DNA from: Octopus bimaculoides
Taxonomy: Eukaryota
Assembly: GCF_001194135.2 (NCBI RefSeq)
Contig: NC_068987.1
Coordinates: forward strand, 17,327,146 to 17,391,145
Direction: 5' to 3'
DNA length: 64,000 nucleotides
Every line of letters starts with the position of its first letter. Within the stretch, counting starts at the first letter, position 1. Of the stretch, positions 13,814 to 26,764 are shown piece after piece. The notes beneath the pieces are model-generated. The model was given only the letters and a program-made list of their open reading frames with translations. It was not told where the DNA came from and did not search any database. A program made the position numbers and the translations under genes.

Positions 13814-15383
13814 CTGACAGAATATCAGTTTATGTATACGTATATACATATGCATATATATATATATATATATATATANNNNNNNNNNNNNNNNNNNNNN
13901 NNNNNNNNNNNNNNNNNNNNNNNNNNNNNNNNNNNNNNNNNNNNNNNNNNNNNNNNNNNNNNNNNNNNNNNNNNNNNNNNNNNNNNNNNNNNNNNNNNNN
14001 NNNNNNNNNNNNNNNNNNNNNNNNNNNNNNNNNNNNNNNNNNNNNNNNNNNNNNNNNNNNNNNNNNNNNNNNNNNNNNNNNNNNNNNNNNNNNNNNNNNN
14101 NNNNNNNNNNNNNNNNNNNNNNNNNNNNNNNNNNNNNNNNNNNNNNNNNNNNNNNNNNNNNNNNNNNNNNNNNNNNNNNNNNNNNNNNNNNNNNNNNNNN
14201 NNNNNNNNNNNNNNNNNNNNNNNNNNNNNNNNNNNNNNNNNNNNNNNNNNNNNNNNNNNNNNNNNNNNNNNNNNNNNNNNNNNNNNNNNNNNNNNNNNNN
14301 NNNNNNNNNNNNNNNNNATATATATATATATATATAAATATTTATATTAATATTTATACATGCCTGCGCAGAAATACATACTCGCATAGATGCTGTCCTC
14401 TGCATTTGCAAACTTACATCATTATATATTTTAATTCTTTCGTCGCTTGCTCAATATTCACCGGTTAATATGTGATAATTATGTTTGTACATACATTACC
14501 ATGTGCTGTCATCAAGAAACATATTATTGGTATTCCTCAGTTAACAATACTAACATGAGACCATAATAACTCACGCATCACACCTCACACAATCGCACAC
14601 ACGCATACACGCACGCACAGACACACCCGTACATACACCCATGCACACACACACACAATCACTCGCTCACTCTCTGAGAGATATACTGTTCGTTATGTGA
14701 ATAAGTCAATTAATTTGTATAGGATGTACACCATTTATTACGTATAATCGGATGCCAGTCGTGAGTAAATGAAAATCAGGTTAGCTATTCAATAAAATCT
14801 GACGAGTTTCTGACAGTGTTTGGTCGTAACAGGCAAATATTTTGTATGAAACGAGAAACTAGAGCAGGCTTATATGTAACCGTATTCTACTCATTTATAT
14901 AGAACACGTTTCAGTCTACATTTAAATTGACTTTCTTCACAGCTTGATGACTTAGATACACAATACATTCATGAACAGCCCTCACTTCAACCCTTATATT
15001 CACTGCGACCGTAGCAACTTATTATCACTGAGGATAATTCCTGGTTAAAGCTCATTCATAGCATAGCAATTATCACGTCCTCAGAATTATCCCTTCCCTT
15101 TAGAGCCAGAATATAATTCAATATTAATGCCCCTTGAGACATGGCTCGAGGGAACAAACAATACACTACTGTTTCCGCATCTTTGACGGTGCTGCTTAAC
15201 GTATTCGGACAATCTGAACCCCAACCACAGAAATGCCACTCGGCTGAATGCCTATTTATGTCTATTTGTCTCTGCATCAATGTATCCGTCTATATCTCAC
15301 TCTTTCTCTCTCAATTTCTCTCTGACTGCCTGTCTACACACACCTACACACACGCCTTAATAGGTACGCGTTTCCTTACTTAC

Positions 15384-15442
15384 ATCATTCATTTTATTTC
15401 GACCACCAGCTTCAGAAGACTCTTCTAGTGCAATGCTTTCAA
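15384..15442 (-). CDS. Candidate 59-nt exon (xESIALEESSEAGGRNKMND)
   Basis: Branch-point-like CTAAC, acceptor gactgtttctacag, donor GAT|gtaagt, one open frame (phase 1 to 0). Confidence 0.35.
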
Positions 15443-16654
15443 CTGTAGAAACAGTCGTTAGCTACTGAGAGTGTTCTTTTGCTATTCATTAATTGATCTT
15501 ACTAGATATATATAAGTCAAATACTTTTGTTGCCTGTGAAAGGAATCACGACTTGTAAGATTGTTACTGCTATTGAACAAAAATAAAGGAAAGAAGGAAA
15601 GGGTCTGTAATTTATCTTCAGCTGTAGCGCTTATTTAAAATCATTGTTGTTATACCATATTTCATTTTACTAAAAGTTTCTTAAAGATTTGCTGAAATAT
15701 ATTTTAAAGAAATGTTAACCAATGAAATATTGCAGCTGGTTTGTGAAAATGTAGTTGTTGTCATTATTTTTGTTCTTGTTCCGAAGCACGTTAATCATGA
15801 TCATACAGTCTTGATTTACGATTAAATGCTGCTATGATTCTCATCTTTTTGGCAAATATATTGTGCGGAAGTTCACATTAATCATCTTCCTTGATACACT
15901 GCACAAATGTCTACATTATGCAGATATTTTTTTCTTATTTTTACAGACGAGAATGGTGTTGTTTTCAGAGACACCTTGTTTCTAACTTTTGCAGTTTGAC
16001 TGGCCGAGTTGATGCTTTCTCGTTGCCTCTACTTAGTGTGCCTTTCTTAACTTATTAACTATGGTTTCTTGTACCTATGGACAATGTGCATGGACACAGA
16101 GGCTCTATGTACAACGGAATGATATTCTCCCAGGAACTAGTTCCAAATATACAAAAGACTTAGTAACCAAACAATGTCCAACATGCAAGCTTACCGTTCC
16201 AGTTTCTGTGACTTCAAAGCGAAGAAGCTTACTATATTTCACATTCCTGAACGAGACTAAAGTTATTCAAAGGGTTGATACCAATCAACTTATGCTGATA
16301 CACATAATTTTCACAATAGTGGACTGAAGCAACGTGAAAGAATGTACTTTATGCAAGGAGGCCATGCACCACCCGGTTCGTGAATCGAACCTGAAATCAT
16401 TACCAATTTAGACTATCCCAAAGGGTATACCACAATTGTTCACGCTACATACCTCATGTTCACCTCAAAAGTATCGCTAACATGCTCCGGATTTGGTTGT
16501 TTCCAACCCAGATGATGGAGTAAACATAGCAGTATTTTTTTGCGCATCTATGACTACGTTAATGTGTCCTTTTTATTTATTGTAGCAGGGGCCGGAGGAG
16601 TGTATTTATGTATAGATTGTCCTTTTCTCTCTTTACTCTTTTACTCTTTTACTT

Positions 16655-16945
16655 CTTTCAGTGATTTGACTGCGGCCATGCTGGAGCACTGCCTTTAGTC
16701 GAGCAAATCGACCCGGGACTTATTCTTTGTAGGCCTAGTACTTATTCTATCGGTTTCTTTTGCCGAACCGCTATCCGACGGGGGAATAAACACACTAGCA
16801 TCGGTTGTCAAGCAATGCTAGGGGGACGAACACACACACTCAAACACAGACACACACACAAACACACACATACAAATATACATATGTAGGACGGGCTTCT
16901 TTCAGTTTCCGTTGACCAAATCCACTCAAAACGCTTTGGTGTCCC
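16655..16945 (-). mobile_element. SINE family B copy, head truncated
   Basis: gatttgactgcggccatgctggagcactgcc...acgggcttctttcagtttccgttgaccaaatccactca. Confidence 0.9.
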
Positions 16946-16984
16946 TATACTAGTAAAGATAATTATTAATATGTCGAAGGCATT

Positions 16985-17072
16985 GGGGTCGATAAAATAA
17001 GTGCAAAATGCGCACTGCTGTCAATATAATCGACTAGCCATCTTTTCCCAAATTTCAGGACTTGTTCCGGGA
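16985..17072 (+). mobile_element. SINE family A 3-prime half
   Basis: ggggtcgataaaataagtgc...aatcgactagcc...ccaaatttcaggacttgt. Confidence 0.7.
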
Positions 17073-17114
17073 GTACAAAAGTTTATTATAAATAAGGTCG
17101 TTATGATAGGCACA

Positions 17115-17598
17115 GGGATGGCTGTGTCTCGGGTTCAGTCCAACTTCGAGGCAACTTGGGCAAGTGTCTTCTATAGCCTAGGTCCGATCAAAGCCTTGTG
17201 AGTGGATTTGGTAGACGGAAAATGAAATAAGCCCGTCGTACATATATANNNNNNNNNNNNNNNNNNNNNNNNNNNNNNNNNNNNNNNNNNNNNNNNNNNN
17301 NNNNNNNNNNNNNNNNNNNNNNNNNNNNNNNNNNNNNNNNNNNNNNNNNNNNNNNNNNNNNNNNNNNNNNNNNTATAACTTTATGTCTCTGTTTGTCCCC
17401 ACATCACCACTTGACAGCCAGTGTTGGCGTGTTTACATCCCCGTAATCTAGCGGTTCGGCAAAAGTATTCGATAGAATTAGTACTAGGCTTAAAGAAAAT
17501 ATAAGTCGTAGGATCGATTTATTCGACTAAAAATCCTTCAAGGCGGAACTCCAGAATGGCTGCAGTTAAATGACCGATTCAAGTAAAAGAATAAAGAA
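17115..17598 (+). mobile_element. SINE family B copy spanning an assembly gap
   Basis: cgggttcagtcc...ttgggcaagtgtcttctatagcc...gtgagtggatttggtagacgg, gap, then tail ...gcggttcggcaaaag...tccagaatggctgcag...aagtaaaagaataaaga. Confidence 0.9.
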
Positions 17599-18448
17599 TA
17601 ATGTATATCGGCCCCTTTTCTTTTTAATTTAGCATTCATTATGATACCAACCCGTTTTATCCACACCTCACCCCTACACTTCCATCACGCCCCACACCTA
17701 CCCCATCCTACACCTACATACCCACCCTACATCTGCACCCCCACACCTACCCCTACGGCCTCAAACCTACACACACCACACTAATATCCCACACCACCAC
17801 ACCATCCATATCACATCACGCCACCCTACACCACTCCACAGACATTAGCATTGACCACTTCCCAGCACCCACACTCACACACCATCATCCACACACCCAC
17901 ACTTTACGCACGCGCACAGTGTTTTATATTCATCTAATGAATTATACTGGGATCATTATAAGTCAAACAATCGCCAATGTGGCTAACTGAAGTTGACAAG
18001 AATTTTCTTTTTTTAAGTGGCGAAACGTGTATATCTGATAACATTTCACTGCATTACTTCTGTGTAAAACCAGCTTTTCACTATCGCCTAATATCAGAGA
18101 ATATCCTGTTTCGAGACAAAACATAACTAAAATAGATAGTTTAGTTAATAGAATATCCAGTAACGTTCCAAAATTATACTGATATTTCTATCTCGGAAAT
18201 CATTGGTTAGTTTAGGATTTATGTATTATGCAGTGTCAAACAAATGCACACAAAGTGATGGATATATATTGCACATCATCTAATTTATTTTTATTATGTT
18301 CAGATCAAATTGATTCTGTCCTATAACTGCAAAGTTATTATATATTTTGGTATAGTTTCCGAAACAAATCACACTGAAAATATTCAAATATGATTGTACA
18401 TGATTTTCTCTAGATGTCACCGAGGTGAAGCGTGCCGTGTGTACTTAC

Positions 18449-18481
18449 TAAATTGACAGTTTCTCTTTGGAAAGAGGATGA
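18449..18481 (-). CDS. Candidate 33-nt micro-exon
   Basis: Strong acceptor ttatttttcattcttacag, donor TTA|gtaagt, all three frames open. Confidence 0.3.
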
Positions 18482-18512
18482 CTGTAAGAATGAAAAATAA
18501 TCAAATGTCAAA

Positions 18513-18724
18513 AGGCGGCGAGCTACCAGAAACGTTAGCACACCGGGAGAAATGCTATGCAGTATTTCGTCTGTCTTAACGTTCCGAGTTCAAATTCCGC
18601 CGAGGTCGACTCTGCCTTTCATCCTTTCGAGGTCGATAGATTAAATATTAGTTGCGTACTAGGGTCGATCTAATCGACTGGCCCCTGCCCCAAAATATCG
18701 GGCATCGTGCCTAGAGTAGAAAAT
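18513..18724 (+). mobile_element. Near full-length tRNA-derived SINE family A
   Basis: ggcggcgagct...gttagc head, B box gagttcaaattcc, central gaggtcgactctgcctttcatcctttcgaggtcgat (recalled as resembling the Meta/MESC-type SINE domain), tail gtgcctagagtagaaaa. Confidence 0.92.
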
Positions 18725-18787
18725 AATGATCAAATCTCAAAACGTACATAGTATCTTTATGCATATTTGTTTCAACACACACGCGCG

Positions 18788-18838
<51 letters not shown>

Positions 18839-19346
18839 AACAAACAAGTTATATATGTGTGTGTCTTCACTGTCTTGCCTGCATTCAATTTGGTATTTCA
18901 CTCAATTTCTTTTGAGAACTATTAGGTCTTAACAGACACATTACATGTGATCTTCTTCTAGCACATTAACTGTCCACTTAGTGGTCATCGTTATATACAC
19001 ATATACATTAATCCCCTGAGATCTCAGATATTTTTTCTGAATCTCTCTGATTCTTTCAATGTGCTGGCTTCCTGTTAATAAATCGATATTAATTAATATC
19101 TGATTTTTACCCTATGTTTATATATATATATATATATTTACGTGGGTAAATGACGAGCGGGACTCCTAAGAGAGGGGCAGAAGTAGCTGAGAGGACGTTC
19201 AACTAGCCCTGAAGTAGATTTTAGAAGGTATCATTTTTGTTATGTTCAACTTGTGATGTAGACGGAAATGTGTACGATATCGAAGGTGGCTTGTGGAAAG
19301 GACGATCTCCGAAGGTCTTCTCTTCATCTTAGCTAGGGGTTTCTTA

Positions 19347-19377
<31 letters not shown>

Positions 19378-20382
19378 TGTATGTATGTACGTATAGTTAC
19401 AAATGGTGGCTTTAATTTTAAGTGAGATATATCAAAGAAACAGATGACCTTGCCAGGGCTAAATGACTGATAGGAAGTCTAATGAATTAGAACTGATATG
19501 GGACAAGCAACATTAACAGGCAAGAATATTTTTTTAATAATGACAAATCTAAATGCAAATCTTATAAGAAACCTCTTGTAAAGAACGGTCTTATCAATAC
19601 CCACAAAATCTAATATGAGATTTATTTAAAAGCAATCTGGACTCAAGTACAATTTACACAATACATATGTTAACTGACCAATTTGTCCGACAATGATAAT
19701 TTATACTTGAATTCACAAACAGATGAATATATTCATTGATTGTGGCCAGTTCGAATATAATTTGATTGTTACCAGATTAACTCGAATTAAATACAGTAAT
19801 TATAGTCGTTATCTGCATTGTGTATGTCCCATTCGAGTGAGAATTCTGATTTTTCTTTATAGCGACTAGGGAATCAATTGACGATCGGTTAAACAAAAAT
19901 GTATGTCTAGCCTTTATATATAACTTCGTCTCCCTAATCTGCCACCATGTGGGACTCTCCATCACAATGCATCTAGTGGCCGTTTGCTTCCCCACAGTTA
20001 TATCATTCACACATTATATCAAATCAATCTATTTATGAAAAGCAAACTGGGATTCGGCATAACACAGAGATTGCAAAGATGAAAGCTGTACGTCACGCAC
20101 CCTGTAACACCTTTAACGACATAACAAGATAGATACATGTTCGCTCACTGTTGAAAGCTTACATCAGCAAAACTATTTTCAATATGAAGTGTATGTACTC
20201 AATTAGATGTTGGACAAAATAAAAAAAAAAAGAATAATGAAGCAAAATCTATGTAGTCGAAGTGGGGACTGAACAAGAGCTATAAACAGTGAAGAAGAAA
20301 TGAAAATATAGCCAGATCTCTGTGACTATATTTAAAATGCATATAATATAATTGGATGAGAGTATGTTTCCATTAATAAAAA

Positions 20383-20422
20383 CAACAGCAACAACAACAA
20401 CAACAACAACAACAACAACTAC

Positions 20423-20489
<67 letters not shown>
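20383..20489. repeat. Compound (AAC)n-(AAT)n microsatellite
   Basis: Direct reading. Confidence 0.95.
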
Positions 20490-20490
<1 letters not shown>

Positions 20491-21220
20491 TATCAAGGAA
20501 TAAATAAAATAGAACAGAAAAAATTGGTATAATTTTATCTCCAAAACAAAGAAAAAAAGTGAAGTGCAGTAAAAGAAATTTTTAAAATATAAATAGTAAA
20601 AGAGACGAAGAAGGCAGAAGGGGAAATGAAATAAAATAAAGAGTTGGAATGGAAAAAAAAAAAAACTAAGATGGTATGTGAAAGAAAGATGGAAAGGATA
20701 GTGTTTATTATACAATTTGCAAGTGGAGAAAAAAGAGAGAAAACTTTAAAAACAGAAGAAAGCTGTTATAATGTGATATTCTTTCTTTGTATTATGTTTT
20801 TCTGTTTTTTTTTTGCTTTTTGTTATACATTTTGTGTATGTTGAAATGTATTCTACACATTGAAAATGATAGTTGACTTTATTTTTTTCAATTATTTAAT
20901 ATCCATGCACGCACGTGCATACACACACGCACACACACACACACATATATGTACATATATACGTATAAGCATACATACATACACATACGCACATACACAC
21001 ATATCTATATGTATATATATGTATATATATATGTATATGTATAAATATGCGTTTGCGTGCATATATTCATATATCTAAATATGTACAAGAATATGTATAT
21101 TATATATATATANNNNNNNNNNTCTTATATATATATATGCATACATATATATACATGTATATATATATATGCATATGTGTGTGTGTGTATACATATATAT
21201 GTATGTATTTATATATGTAT

Positions 21221-21292
21221 ATTGCTTGTTCCACACGCATAATTATATATATATATATATATATATATAATTACGCGTGTGGAACAAGCAAT
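21221..21292. repeat. 72-bp near-perfect palindrome centred on (TA)n
   Basis: attgcttgttccacacgc ... gcgtgtggaacaagcaat are exact reverse complements; one mismatch next to the TA core. Confidence 0.9.
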
Positions 21293-21881
21293 TGTTTTGA
21301 TGCGATTGCATAACAGAGTGGTGGACTGAGAGGGAATTGCAGACAGCAAAATTCCATTTCCTGCTAATGGTTTAGAATTGTTTCTATAACCAGGATAGTT
21401 TCCTTCAGAAAAGCATCAATGACCTAGCTGAGAAAAATGCCAGAAAATACAGCTCACGAATCGTACATTAGAAGCAGATCATTAAATTGTCAACTGGTTC
21501 GTGATTTCCCTGTGCAGAGTTCAATTTCCAGCACTAGGGAAAAACGTATGTATGCATATATGCGTTTATCTGTATATATTCATTAGACGTTCAGTTAGAA
21601 TTTGTATATATGTTTATATGACTGTCTCTAGAGTTTGTATGTGTATGAGGACCTGTGTGCTGTAAGCCATATATTAATCACTAACATTAACATCACTCTA
21701 ATTTGACCATGAACAAGTAGATATTGCTTTCTGGCATACCCTTAAAATAAATGACATGCATACTATTTTGTTATTGTTTACCGATGGCTATTAGTTACTT
21801 TTATTTATACTTGGTTTACCGGAAGGCTTTGAAAATTGATTGAACTGTTGTCAATCTAACAATGTGCAAAGAAAACAAAGG

Positions 21882-21884
<3 letters not shown>

Positions 21885-21965
<81 letters not shown>
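21885..21965. repeat. (GA)n microsatellite
   Basis: Direct reading. Confidence 0.97.
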
Positions 21966-21966
<1 letters not shown>

Positions 21967-22070
21967 GTATGACTATCTAGAGTCATAAGTCTTTCTTTCA
22001 TTTCATAGATTGCTTACTTTACCTAATTTGCATTGAGTAGTCGAGTAGTATTTCTTTTTTAGTATATATT

Positions 22071-22215
22071 CTTTTCTACTCTAGGCACAAGGCCTGGAAT
22101 TTGGAGGGAGGGGGCTAGTCGATTAGATCGGCCCCGGTACGCAACTGGTACTTAATATATCGAGCCCGAAAGGATGAAAGACAAAGTAGACCTTAGCGGA
22201 ATTTGAACTCAGTAC
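22071..22215 (-). mobile_element. SINE family A, 5-prime truncated
   Basis: cttttctactctaggcacaaggcc...cgaaaggatgaaagacaaagtagacc..ggaatttgaactcag. Confidence 0.9.
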
Positions 22216-24424
22216 TTAAGTCAAACGATTTTTTAGTATATATTAAGAACAAAACATTTTATTTTGCCTTCTAGGATATCATAAAAAATTGAATTTAGAG
22301 GAGCATATTGAAAATTTCTCTATATAAACATCGAAGAATGAACATCAAGAAAAGCTCTTATTGCAATTAGTTTCAACAATTGTGTGTAGAATTACTGGAT
22401 ATTGTTTCTATTATTCAATATCTGCGTTACATCTCCGTGAATGCACGTAGTGGTTATGTTGTTATGTTCAGGCCAGGATCTGGGGTTTTAGTTATATCTC
22501 TACAGAATTTTAAAGCAATCCCAAAGCATACAATATTTTAGGGATTGATTCTCTTTTCAGTGTCCTATTTCCAGATTTTTATATGTGGATAATTTATGAA
22601 CTCCTTTGAATGCTACATTATTTCTTCTTGCAGGTTAAAACTTGAATATTGGGGACTTTCATTGGCTGATTATCCTTGAGAAAGATATCTGAGGATATAA
22701 ACTTTGTGCTCTCATGCATCATTCCCTGAGACACATTTCGGGGACATATTTATACGACCTAATTTCATTTTAATGGTATAACATATAGTGTATGAAAAAA
22801 ATCACCAACTATTGACATTCTAGAAAATGCATTATTTATTATGGGTGATCAGAAATATTGTGGTAAAAATTCTTCTCAAAAAATTAACTAAAATATGAAA
22901 AGCATTCTACTTCATTAAACGATTTTATGGCTTCATAGTTTCTAATGAGATGCTCTGCCTTCAGTTTCAGCGTGGACTTCTCTGCTCCTCTCCCAGTGTT
23001 GCCATTTTTCTTTACTGATATGTACACACAGCTCATTATTGTTGTCAAACATGTCCATTTACGTACCTTTGCTGCCAACGCAACAACATGGCATCGGAAA
23101 ACTTTTTCATAAATTCAATTACTGTTTTTGCTTTCTACTGAAAAGAGCTTGTCAATCCAGTCTCCGCATTCTATATTTTGGCTTCCTTGGAAAGAGAAAA
23201 CACATTTTCCCCTGTTTTTGTTTTCTATTTTGTTTTATAGCTATTTTTGTTTTAAACGAGCTTCACACTGTTTATTACTAAATATATTTTCATTCTTCAC
23301 TTGATACTTTACAATAGATTTCTTGCTCAATGAGAGCCCTTCCCGATTCTATTCGTGGTAAACATAATGTTTCTATGTCAGATTTTGAGTGATATACACA
23401 AAGTGCACTCTTTTCTTTGTTGTTTAATGTTATATTATTGGTATGTGATTGAGTAGAATATGAGTTCTATGTAGTGTTATGTTATTGGATGGCAACCGTA
23501 TCATTGTGATTTGCTTGAATTATTGTGTCTAGTACGCTTTTTACGAAAATATGTGTTCTGCTTTGCTTATTGTAAGTTAGGTTTTCAAATAACCGATTTC
23601 TCTTATAGGTTCCGTTCATATTAGACTCTATTAAAAACTAGACATGTATTTCTTAACATTGAAACTCCTGTTGAATATTGCGGAACAATCAGTTAGTTGG
23701 TGTTCGTTTAATTTGGTTCCGTTGACAGATTTTTTGTGGAACTCTCTTACATAACCTTATACTTTCGGTGAGTTTCTTCCCAGGCGTTTTTGTTGATTCA
23801 CGTTCATCGATTTTGTTTACTTTCCATTATCGCTATTGCTTCTCTCAGGCTGTCTTTCGTGTAAACCCTAACTTATATGATCTGGTGTGATTAGAGATCA
23901 TATTTCGTGTGTTGTTAAGTGTGCTGTCAGGGAATCATTTTGTTGTGGCTGTTATTTGATTGATTGTTCTCATCAGAATTTTTGAATTCTATTCATATAA
24001 TTCTTTGCATCAGTTTTCCATTTCTCAAAGTAATTACTTGCGTATGAGCTCTGCCCTAATTTCAATGAGGTGGAGCTTATTATCTGTGTTGTCTTTTCTG
24101 TTGTATTTACTTTCTTTGCGGAGTATTTTGTATTTGTGGATTCTGTTGTGATAGCTTTCATTAGCTTACGGTAATACTATGTTTGTATCATCTATCAGTG
24201 TTGTAATATTTTCATGAATTAAGATGTCATTTTTTACAGATGTTCATATCCATTCTTTCGCTTTTTTCTGCTGTAAAGTCGTATGTAGTTAGTACATAAT
24301 GGGGTCTGATTTTATATTTTCATTGTTTAGTATGCAATCTCGGCCAAAGGTTTGGTACATTTTCTATACAAATAAAACTGCTATGCCCAAGTATATAATT
24401 CCATTCAAATATAGCGTTTATATC

Positions 24425-24745
24425 TGGGCATTTAATATAAAAATTCTAATTTTCAGAATTATGTTCCAAACTTTTGGCAAAGTAATAATATATTGCAAAT
24501 TGAATATAACGTTGGGCATTTAATATAAAAATCCTAATTTCCAGATCTATGCTCCAAACTTTTGGCCAAGTAATAAAATATTGGAAATTAAATATAATAT
24601 TGGGTATTTAATATAAAACTCCTAATTTCCAGATCTATGCTCCAAACTTTTGGCCAAGTAATAATATAATGCAAATTAAATATAACATTGGGTATTTAAC
24701 ATAAAAATCCTAATTTCCAGACCTATGCTCCAAAATTTGGTCACG
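24425..24745. repeat. 88-bp minisatellite, about 3.6 copies
   Basis: Units begin tgggYatttaaYataaaa at 24425, 24513, 24601 and 24689. Confidence 0.95.
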
Positions 24746-25725
24746 ACTCTAGGGTTACCTTCGTTTATGTGTATTAGCTATTTTAGTAGATATTCTTCTA
24801 TGAATTATTCTACTTCAACATTTGAGATGTTAATTTTGGATTATAAATTTTATATATCTTGGCAAATATGTTCCTATTTATAAATTCTTTATTTTGTCTT
24901 TTTAATTCTCCATTAGACATAAACTAGATCATCGTGCTATTATTTGTAGGATATAGTGTTGATGTTATAGAGCGATATTACACTATAATTCTGTGTTCAC
25001 TGCTCCAATGTTAGCAATTAATTTGATATTGTATTCATTTCGGATCCTAGTGGTGAGAGAGGGCATTATTTAGTTAAGATATAGACAATATGTGCGTGAA
25101 CTGGCTCTGAAGAAAATGTAACATTGTTTCCCTATAGAGATCGCAATAATTCCACGCTGCAAAATTAATTTATATGAATTAATTCGACGGATAGATTTTC
25201 GTATTGGTTGATTTATCCTGAACTTAAATGAACTGCTTATATAACATTAGCATTCAATGTCTCAAGGCTATCTTTTGTTTAATTACTCTCGAAAATTCGG
25301 TTATCGTTTGTTTACCCCGGATATTCATTCGTTTCGTATTTTCTAATTTAATGTATATAATTCAAACAAAATTGTTTTAAGTGAGATAATGAAGTCGTTC
25401 GCATATAAATCACATCACTTGGATTTGATTAGAACGTTTCATTTAATTTTATATCTTTTCAAATATCTATTTAGTTTAAACTTTGATATCTTAATTACTA
25501 TAGTTTACGTATATTTGTCTCATATGCTCATAATTTTTTCGTGTATGTAGTTATTGATCACTGATAGCCAATATTTTTATATGTTTAGTTTCAGAAATCC
25601 AAGTCCAACAACCGGAAATACTCTTCCAGTCCCCTCACTTTTCAGCAACGATAAATCCACTGCTACCCGCAAGGAATATTGGAAATGAAGAATTACATAT
25701 ACGACAAACCCACGCAGTAACTTAC

Positions 25726-25801
25726 CCGTGGAAATGTTGGCTGGTTCCAGCGTACGTACCTCGCATGCTTCATCCAGTGTACAAAATGAAACGAATATCA
25801 T
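25726..25801 (-). CDS. Candidate first coding segment MIFVSFCTLDEACEVRTLEPANIST ending at a consensus donor
   Basis: ATG at 25801 (ORF track) and CGG|gtaagt donor; no homology recognised. Confidence 0.2.
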
Positions 25802-26666
25802 ATCGGCAGTACAAATGAACCGTTAAATATCCGAATCAAATAGCATTTCTACACATGCAAGTACGTTTTCATAAAATATGTTGAGGAATGTAGAGGGTAC
25901 CGCAGTCACCATTAAGAGCATATATCGCAATATCACTACACCACGAATAAAACTAACTATACTGATCACATAAAAAGACATAGACATACTAAAAATTCAA
26001 AACCGGCTTGAAATGAATGGGAGTTAAATGTTGGTTTGAATAACATGCATTACAATAGTTGGCATCTTTCCTATTCTCACACAGGTAACACTCTCCATGG
26101 AATTCAGTTTCCAGCTCATGGAATACGGTTCACAGCCAATGAAACGACTCCAAATATAACACCTCCTTATACATACTAATCCGAGTATCGCACAAACGTG
26201 TACCATATACCAGCATATTGGATATGCAATTAAAAACTCACTGTCATGTTTTTTAAAGTTTTAAGGAAAAAGGTTTTTATCTCTAAATATGAGAACTAAT
26301 GAAATATTCTTATTACAAAGTTTCAATACAGTTTCCTTTTTATGTATATCTTCAATAATTTTTTCCATCTGTATTGTTATGATGTTTTCTAACATACCAT
26401 ATTGAGGAATGCTTCACAGACAAGCAACAACCCTTCTAAAATACCTTTTTGTTGTTGCTTGCACATTATGATACAAACACATTTTCTGAGTAATAATAGA
26501 CTGTAAGTTATTCAATAGGTATTTCTTGTACATATGAGGGATCTTGCAATTTCATTTCACTTTTTGTTAATATGTTTTTGTGGTCTTTTCTTGGTAATCA
26601 ATGTATTTCTTCTTCTATTACACATAAATAAACCACCCCGGGTCTACCGTTTTTATATGCCAACAC

Positions 26667-26667
26667 C

Positions 26668-26698
<31 letters not shown>

Positions 26699-26731
26699 CT
26701 TCTTCTTCTTCTTCTTCTTCTTCTTCTTCTT

Positions 26732-26764
<33 letters not shown>

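Noticed and set aside
16195-16246. Minus exon candidate NVKYSKLLRFEVTETGT with gtaagc donor
   Set aside because: Phase does not fit the stronger neighbouring candidates; no homology
18513-18600. tRNA gene
   Set aside because: A and B boxes belong to a SINE head; no cloverleaf, and it continues into the SINE body
19777-20010. Protein-like 77-aa minus ORF
   Set aside because: No ATG or acceptor after the upstream stop; no motif
22860-24200. Possible LINE ORF2 remnant on the minus strand
   Set aside because: Only vague resemblance; no diagnostic RT or APE motif recovered
24425-24745. CRISPR-like regular array
   Set aside because: Whole units are repeated with no unique spacers; eukaryotic context and no cas genes
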